A stretch of 64,000 nucleotides of DNA from a bacterium (GTDB lineage: Bacteria; Actinomycetota; CALGFH01), in contig JBKPDO010000182.1 of assembly GCA_046727955.1 (NCBI GenBank), positions 410 to 64,409 of the forward strand, read 5' to 3'. The notes under the pieces are model-generated. The model worked only from the letters and a program-made list of their open reading frames with translations, made no database searches and was not told where the DNA came from. This document shows, in pieces, positions 57,872-64,000 of this stretch (positions are counted from its first letter, which is position 1; each line of letters starts with the position of its first letter). Position numbers and translations under genes: made by a program.

Positions 57872-58712
57872 GACAGCACAAGGCCCGGGCAGAAGCCCGC
57901 CCGGCCCTGAGCCTGAGCCTACGATCGACGTTACGGCACTCACAGGCTGTGCCGGGTGATCGAGGGCGCCTGGGTGATGAAGACGGTGGGGATGCCCGCA
58001 GAGGTTGTAGGTTTGCTCCCCTGCTGATGGACGATGCTGCGACCGCGATCATCGCGACCTGGTAATCGGGCGCCGACAACACCCGCTGACCAGCAGCGAT
58101 GGGATCCGCTGACAGGCGCGTGACAGAAAGCTGATGGAGCGAGGCGGAGGCACGCACCAGACCAGAGGTACAACCGCGCACCTCGTGCGCCTGGCCACCA
58201 AGGTCGTGCTGCCGCCGAAGTACTGGCGCGATCGCCAGTAGGATCTGGGCTGCTCGGGCGGCACGAGGCGGACCAGTTTCTCCGTTGCCTTCTTCCTGCT
58301 CATGCAGTAGAAAGGGCGCCTAGTGCCCCGAGTCGTTGATTCGTTGCTGTCTCCAGGGCGGCTCTCGGCCCCCGCACCAGGAAGGTTTACCGCCACGAAT
58401 ATGAAGCGCATTAGTGACTCGGACACTAGTGCTGCGTTCCTCAAAAGCGGTACACATGCTCTGCCCTGGATCGTTGCTGGTCAGACCGCCATCGGCCAGA
58501 TTGTGAGGGCAGTGGAGTCCGTCTTTCTGCACTGGATTTGACGAACGTAGCACTAGCAGTACTCCGTCAGGTTGGACTCTACCTGGCTTCTCCTTCTCAA
58601 ACGCTCGCCGTGGTCGAAGCGCTGACCTGCACGAATAGGAATGTCTCATCAAAGGAGGGGTTGGGGTCGCTTCCTGTTTCCGCAGGTCAGGATGATCTAA
58701 CGGAGCACTGCT

Positions 58713-58838
58713 AGAGCGCCGGTCAAGTAGGCGGCGCAGCATGCAGCGTTAGGACCATACGTGCAGCTCCCAGCCCTGCGCGCCGCCCCCGGTGACCACC
58801 CAATCACCTCAATACCGGCTACTTGACCGGCGCTCTAG
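58713..58838. repeat. Long hairpin: 20-bp perfect inverted repeat (ctagagcgccggtcaagtag / ctacttgaccggcgctctag) around an 86-nt loop that contains a nested 9/11-bp inverted repeat
   Basis: Read directly. Lies in a lower-GC non-coding island upstream of the 58898 ORF. Confidence 0.8.
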
Positions 58839-58897
58839 GCCGTACCGCGCTTGAGCTGGTGCAGTTCTAGACGTGGATCCTCCCGTGGTCGATCCGC

Positions 58898-60190
58898 ATG
58901 CAGCGCACCGTCGTTTTCGACCGCTCGGACGGCGGGGAGGTGCTGAAGCACGACACGGGCTGGCAGGCGGTTGGTGACGGCGCGTTCGAGCTGCTCGATG
59001 ACAACACGAAGCTGAAGGGGCCCGTCGACCATCTCACGCGCGTGCGCAACATCATCTTCGAGGGTGCTCCCGTGCAGGCGCCCGGCACGGGCGACCCGCA
59101 CATGAAGATCTACGCCCGCGTCACGTTCGACGCGGACGTAGTCTACGACGGCGCGCTGAAAATCGTGGCCAACGGGAAGGACCTGGCGGCAAGCACGCCC
59201 GGCCACGGCATCGTCGGCTACGCCATCGAGACCGTCGGGCCGGCTCCGCAGCCGCCCGACGTCATCGCGCTCATGGAGGCGATCGGCGCCAAGACCGGCT
59301 CGACACGCCTGACCGGCGCGACGGCGTGCATCGCGAACGTGGGCAGCCCGGGCAAGAACCGCTTCACGCTCAACGTGAGCTCGTTCGGGGCGGCGCTCGC
59401 GGACGGCGGGCAGCCGAAGCTCCAGCTCGCCGTGTTCGGAACGCCGCGCCTGCCCAAGGACGGCCAATGGAGCATCGCCAAGCGAGCGGGGACCGCGGAC
59501 CAGCCCCAGGCGGTCGACTCGAAGACGCCGATCCCCCTCACGCGTGGCACCGGAAGCGCGCAGCCACCTCCGGGCGGCGGGGGCAGCTACGGACAGAATT
59601 GGCGCCTGCTCGACCCGGAGGACGCGCAGTCCGTGGACTCCCCGAGCACGTTCTACGGCCTGCTCCAAGGCACGGGCACCTCGAAGACGCTGCTCGAGCA
59701 TCCCTTGATCCGCGACGACGGGCAGGCGCTGGGCTTCGACAACCAACCCAAGCTCGCCGACGTGGGAGCGCTGCTGGGCGTCGGCGGGCTGTTCCCCGAG
59801 CTCGGCAAGGCGCTCGAGATCCCGTCCACCGACGACCTTCCCCTCCAGGCTGACGGCTTCAAGCGGACCTACGACTGGGACATCAACGATCCGGATCGGA
59901 CGCTGCTCGACCTGGCGATCGTGCACCTCGTCCTCGTCTACGGCACGGCCGATCCGAACGACCCGAACACCGTGGTCCCGGCGCATGGCACGCTCGTGCT
60001 CGACGCGACGCCGGGCGCCCCGAAGTCGATCGTCGTGAGCATGAGCCTGGCGGTGAGCGCCGGCACGGTGACGCTCGGGCTGATGCTCACCGGCAACGCC
60101 GAGGTCGACGTGCTCGGCGGGCTGGCGAGCGCGTCGCTGACGCTGAGCGCCGGGATCTTGGTCACGATCCACGAGATCACTGACACGGCC
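58898..60190 (+). CDS. Hypothetical protein (about 430 aa), no recognisable domain; the 3' end is uncertain because the frame degenerates into Arg/Pro-rich sequence after about 60190
   Basis: Long ORF with coding-type codon bias (MQRTVVFDRSDGGEVLKHDTGWQAVGDGAFELLDDNTKLKG...). No signal peptide. Confidence 0.45.
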
Positions 60191-60556
60191 GATCTGGGGG
60201 CGGGGTCGCGGTCGGCGCCACGATGCCGTACGCCGCGCCCCACGCGATCCCGTAGGCCCAGTGGACGACGTGAGTCACCAGGCGGGCCTTGGCCGGCTTG
60301 AGCTCGCGCTGGAGCAGCCCTTCCGTCACGCGCTTGCCCACCTGCGCCGGGGCGGGAGCGTCCTGCCAGTTGTCGAGCCCCCCCGCAGTCTCCCACTCCG
60401 GGAAGCCGCTGGTGCCCCGTCCTTGCGGTACCTGGCGTACCAGACGGCATCCATGACGGCGGTGCCCGCGGCGCCGGCCAGCACGCCCCGGACGACCGCC
60501 CCTGGCTGCGGCCCGGATTCCCGCCACCCGCTGGCGCGCCCTACACTGTCAGCCCG

Positions 60557-61258
60557 ATGACACAGCTGCTTGGCTGGCGCCAGGCCGACCCCGCCGCCGT
60601 CCGGGCGGCTGCCTGGGTCGCGCGCTGCGTCGGCCGCGGTGAGGCCGCGCCGCTGCGCCCCCAGGACCTGGCCGCGCTCGCCACCTACCTGCGGCGCGGG
60701 AGCTGGCGCCCGGCGAGGTGGCGTTCGCCGCGGGCCGGCCGCGGGCGTGTGGATCGTGCGCGGCGGCTTGCTGGAGCTGGCGGTCGGCGCCGGGCGGCGC
60801 CGTGCGGTCGTGGCCCTGCTGCGACCGGGCGACGTGGACGGCGACATCCATCTGCTGCTCGAGATGGCCCCGCCCTACACCGCCCGGGCCGCCCAGCAGG
60901 CCGAGTGTCTGTTCCTGGAGGCCGCCGCGTTCGAGCGGCTGCTGCGCGAGCACCCGCGATCGCGCGGCGCTGGCTGTCGAGCGTGGCAGCGCGGCTGGCG
61001 GCCAGCCAGGCCCGGCTGCTCGGCCTGCTTGGCCGCTCGCTGGCGGAGCAGACCGCCCGGCTGCTGGTCGAGGAGGCCAGCGACCAGGTGGTGCCGCTGC
61101 CGCAGCGGACCCTGGCCGCGATGCTCGGCGTCCAGCGCCCCTCCCTAAACAAGGTCCTCAAGCAGTTCGAGCGCCACGGCCTGCTCGCGGTCGGCTACCG
61201 CTCGATCCGCATCCTGGACGGCGCGGCGCTGCAGCGCCTGGCCGACGGCCGGCCCTGA
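60557..61258 (+). pseudogene. Crp/Fnr-family transcriptional regulator with at least 3 frameshifts in the cNMP-binding domain
   Basis: The intact C-terminal HTH ([27 protein letters not shown]...) is in frame 1. The cNMP-domain pieces ([11 protein letters not shown]..., [11 protein letters not shown]...[43 protein letters not shown]) are spread over three frames. Confidence 0.65.
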
Positions 61259-61282
61259 CATGGTGTTCCAACATCAGACAGG

Positions 61283-62898
61283 TCAGCCGGTCCAGACGGC
61301 GGTGTCGGGGTGGAAGGCGGCCCAGTCGAACCAGAACGAGTCGGTCGCGTCGGCCGCGGCGAGCCGGCTGCCCGCAAGCGGCCCGGCGGTCGCGCGGCCG
61401 AACTGATCCCAGACGCTGCCGGTCTGCTGGTCACGGACCTGCCCATTGGTCACGGTGAAGGAAAGCGCCTGACCGCCCAGCTGCCGGGAGAACGCGGCCG
61501 CGGCGCCCACGTCGCGCGACCCGGCGATCTGTTCGCGGTCCAGCGCCGAGGTCGTGCCCGCCCGCCAGACCACCAGCAACGGCACGCCGGCCGGGTCGAG
61601 GTCCGCCACGCTCACACCGCCCTGGGCGCGGGCGGCGAGCCGGGTGTAGGGCACGGCCAGGTGGCGGCCGCGGACAGCAAGCCCAAGCACCCGCTCGACC
61701 GCGCCCAGGCGCGGGTCGACGGTGCCGTCGAACAGGAACGGGGTGGCGCCCCTGGCGTCGTAGCCGACATAGGGGTTGTGGCCGTAGGGGCGACTGAATC
61801 CGGTGTCACGCGACAGCACCAGCCCGCCGGGGAAGCTGGCGCGGAAGGCCGACCATGACACGATCTGGGTCGGGACCGGCGCCAGCCGTTGGCCGGTGAG
61901 CGGCCCGACGACGGCCTGGCCGAGCGCCTGCGGCCACAGCGACCGGGTGGCCCGGTCGTACATGACCAGGTTGGACTGGTAGAGCTTGCCGGAGGTCCCG
62001 AAGGTGGTCACCGCGCCGTCCACCAGCGGGCGGCGCCAGGTTATGGCGGTGTTGCACAGCGGCAGTAGCTGACCGCGACCGGCACGCCGCCGACGCTGTC
62101 GTTGACGATCTCGTGCCAGACCAGGATCTCAAGCGGGTACGCCTTGGCCTGGTCGCCGACCTGCACGGCGGCGACCGGCTCCGCCGCGGCCAACCAGCCG
62201 ACCGAGCTGGCGGGCTGGAACCTTGGGTGGTCGATCGGCGGGATGCCGTCGGACGGCGGCCCACCCGGGATGATCCTGGCGGGGTCGACCAGCGGCGCCG
62301 GCTCGGCCGCCCCGCCCACGCCGGCGTTGATGGTCACGCCGAGGGCGTCGTGGAGCGTGCGGGCCAGCGCCTGCTCGTCGAGCTGGCCGGTGACGATCTC
62401 GGCGACGGTGCCGTCGCCGCGCAGCAGGACCGTGGTGGGCATGCCCAGGCCGCCGAACGCGTCGAACGAGCGGCCGGCCGGGTCGGAGGCGAGCCGGTAG
62501 CTGACCCCGGTCCGTTTGGCGAGCGCCAAGGCGGGCTCGCGGCGGTCGCGCTGGTCGATGCCAAGGAACGCCACCTGCTGGCCGAGGCGCTGGTGGACCC
62601 GCTCGAAGGCGGGCATCTCGGCGACGCAGAACGGGCACCAGGACGCCCAGAAGTTGATCACGGCCGGGCGGCCGCGCAGATCGGCTAGGCGCACCCGGCG
62701 GCTGCTGGCGGCCAGGTCGGGCAGCTCGACCCGCGGGGCGGGCTGGCCGACCCTGGCCGAGCCCTCGACCAGGGTGGCCGCCGGCCCCGAGGGGTGGAGC
62801 GCCACACGGCTGGCCAGCGCCAGCGCCGCCACGGCCGCCACGGCCACCGCGGCGGCCAGCAGCAGTCCCAGCCAGCGGCGGTTACCGAGCGCGAGCAC
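61283..62898 (-). CDS. TlpA-like thioredoxin (redoxin) fused to a DUF3179 domain, with one frameshift at about 62030
   Basis: Membrane anchor, then thioredoxin NFWASWCPFC. DUF3179 begins (IIPGGPPSDGIPPIDHPRF...VAVSYC) and continues in another frame (TFGTSGKLYQSNLVMYDRATRSLWPQ...). Confidence 0.68.
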
Positions 62899-62913
62899 GG
62901 CGACCTCACCGCC

Positions 62914-63649
62914 TCACCACAGTCCGAGCTGCTGTGCCGCGGCCAGCACCTCGGCCTGGTCGGCGCCCAGCAGCAGCGAGGGCGCGGGGTGGTCGGCGCA
63001 AAACAGCACCACCCCGCTGATCTGGGCGGTCCAGGTGGCACCCGACGAGGCGTGCCGTGCGCCTACCGCCTGCGGGAAGGCGTGGCCGGCCAGCAGCAGT
63101 ACCAGCCGGTGCCCGGCCGTGTCCTGGTAGGCGTGCGCGACGACCGGCAGGCCGGCCAGCGCACCCCGGCGTGCGCCCTGCCAGGTGAGGCCGCCGAGCT
63201 GGCGGGCCGGCGGCGCCTCGGCGGTCGGGGTCCAGTCGGCCACGCCGTCACGGTAGCTGGCCACAGCCGCGGTGATCGGCGCCGGCTGGGCCGGGGGGCG
63301 CTCCCGGGCTGCCAGCAGCCCGCCGGCCACCCCCACCGCTACCAGCGCGGCGGCCACCCACAGCAGCGCGGGCAGCCCCGTCCCCAGCCGCACCCGGCGG
63401 GGTCGTGGTGCCGGCGCCGCCGCGATGGTTGCCCGGATGCGCTCGCGCAGGGGCTGCGGGGCGACCTCGCGCAGCCCCTCGGCGAGCGCGCGACCCTGGC
63501 GGCCGGCTGTGACCTCCCCGCCAGCAGTCGTCGCAGCCAAGCACGTGCACCTCGAACCGCTCCCGCTGCCTGGACGAAAGCTCGCCGGCTAGGTAGGCGG
63601 CGGCCGTCCGCTCCGGGTCATGGCGCACGGCGACCCACCTCCTGCTCAC
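62914..63649 (-). CDS. ZAS-type anti-sigma factor (zinc finger + TM + extracytoplasmic domain) with a 1-bp G-run deletion frameshift at about 63517
   Basis: N-terminus ...AAYLAGELSSRQRERFEVHVLGCDDCW (HxxxCxxC). It continues after +1 as GEVTAGRQGRALAEGLREV... then TM LPALLWVAAALVAVGVAG. The start overlaps the sigma gene's stop. Confidence 0.6.
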
Positions 63650-64000
63650 GGACCAGGCGGGCCAGCGCCTTGCGGCCCCGGTGCACCCGGGCCAGCACCG
63701 TGCCGCGCGGGCTGCCGGTCACCCTGGCGACCTCCGCGGCGGTCAGCCCGCCAAGGTCCATCAGCGCGACCGCGACCCGCTGCTCGGCGGGCAGCGCCCA
63801 CAGCGCCCGCTCGACCAGGCCACGCCGCACGCGGCCGATCGCCGCCTCCGCCACGTCGATGCTGTCCGGCAGGTCCAGAGTGGCGGCCGTGGCGCTGGGC
63901 GTCTCCAGGCGGGTCGCGGCGCGGCGCGCCCGGTCGCGCCCGGCGTTGAGGCAGATCGTGGCCAGCCACGGCTCGACCCGACGCGGCCGCCGGCCCGAGC
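63618..64000 (-). CDS. ECF sigma factor (partial; 5' end beyond the window)
   Basis: Region 4 LGGLTAAEVARVTGSPRGTVLARVHRGRKALARL and upstream region 2-like ...PWLATICLNAGRDRARRAA with no stop before position 64000. Confidence 0.75.
   Translation of the reverse strand, partial: SGRRPRRVEPWLATICLNAGRDRARRAATRLETPSATAATLDLPDSIDVAEAAIGRVRRGLVERALWALPAEQRVAVALMDLGGLTAAEVARVTGSPRGTVLARVHRGRKALARLVREQEVGRRAP

Noticed and set aside
58300-58890. The lower-GC island as SRP RNA, RNase P, tmRNA or 6S RNA.
   Set aside because: A caggtcagg motif recalls SRP RNA, but the conserved SRP domain IV (tccggaaggaagcagcc), RNase P P4 and tmRNA tRNA-like ends are all absent.
1-64000. Prophage or integrative conjugative element.
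   Set aside because: No integrase, capsid, terminase, relaxase or type IV secretion signatures were seen. The only mobile-element evidence is one transposase remnant and the 98-bp inverted-repeat pair.

Overview
This is a high-GC (about 70%) actinobacterial-type segment, densely coding on both strands, but it looks like a rearrangement and decay hot-spot rather than a tidy core region. Recognisable intact genes are listed here in window order. They are a PadR regulator, a lipoprotein hydrolase, a DrrAB-like ABC exporter, a SARP/AfsR-type STAND regulator, sthA and a kdp K+ pump with the unusual order kdpF-A-C-B and no kdpDE. Next come a Tat-secreted phosphoesterase, a CPBP protease, an FAH-family hydrolase and tatA. 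Then follow a polysaccharide deacetylase, a GT28-glycosyltransferase fusion protein, a DMT transporter, a DUF3048 lipoprotein and a cytochrome P450. The last group is an SNF2 helicase plus SWIM zinc-finger pair, a LuxR-headed STAND regulator, a ScyD/ScyE-like protein, a yciI plus ECF sigma pair, an MFS-DHA2 transporter, a flavoprotein disulfide oxidoreductase, a TlpA-DUF3179 fusion and ECF sigma / anti-sigma pairs. Three paralogous secreted BNR/Asp-box sialidase-like proteins are scattered through the window. Between these genes lie many gene remnants. They include a pyruvate kinase N-terminal stub, a decayed acoABC-like operon fused to a cvnA-like kinase fragment, a truncated sensor kinase, SDR, Usp, GH15 and beta-helix fragments, and a frameshifted transposase. 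The most unusual structures are a 6.6 kb cassette bounded by perfect 98-bp inverted repeats that carries a glycosyltransferase / deacetylase / transporter module, and two tiny overlapping membrane-peptide ORFs ahead of kdpA. Others are a tRNA-Met followed by a 5' half-copy, a palindrome-dense lower-GC non-coding island at about 58.3-58.9 kb, and abundant in-frame microsatellites. Many apparent frameshifts are single-base deletions in G/C runs, which suggests assembly error and needs read-level verification. No CRISPR array, rRNA or obvious prophage was found.
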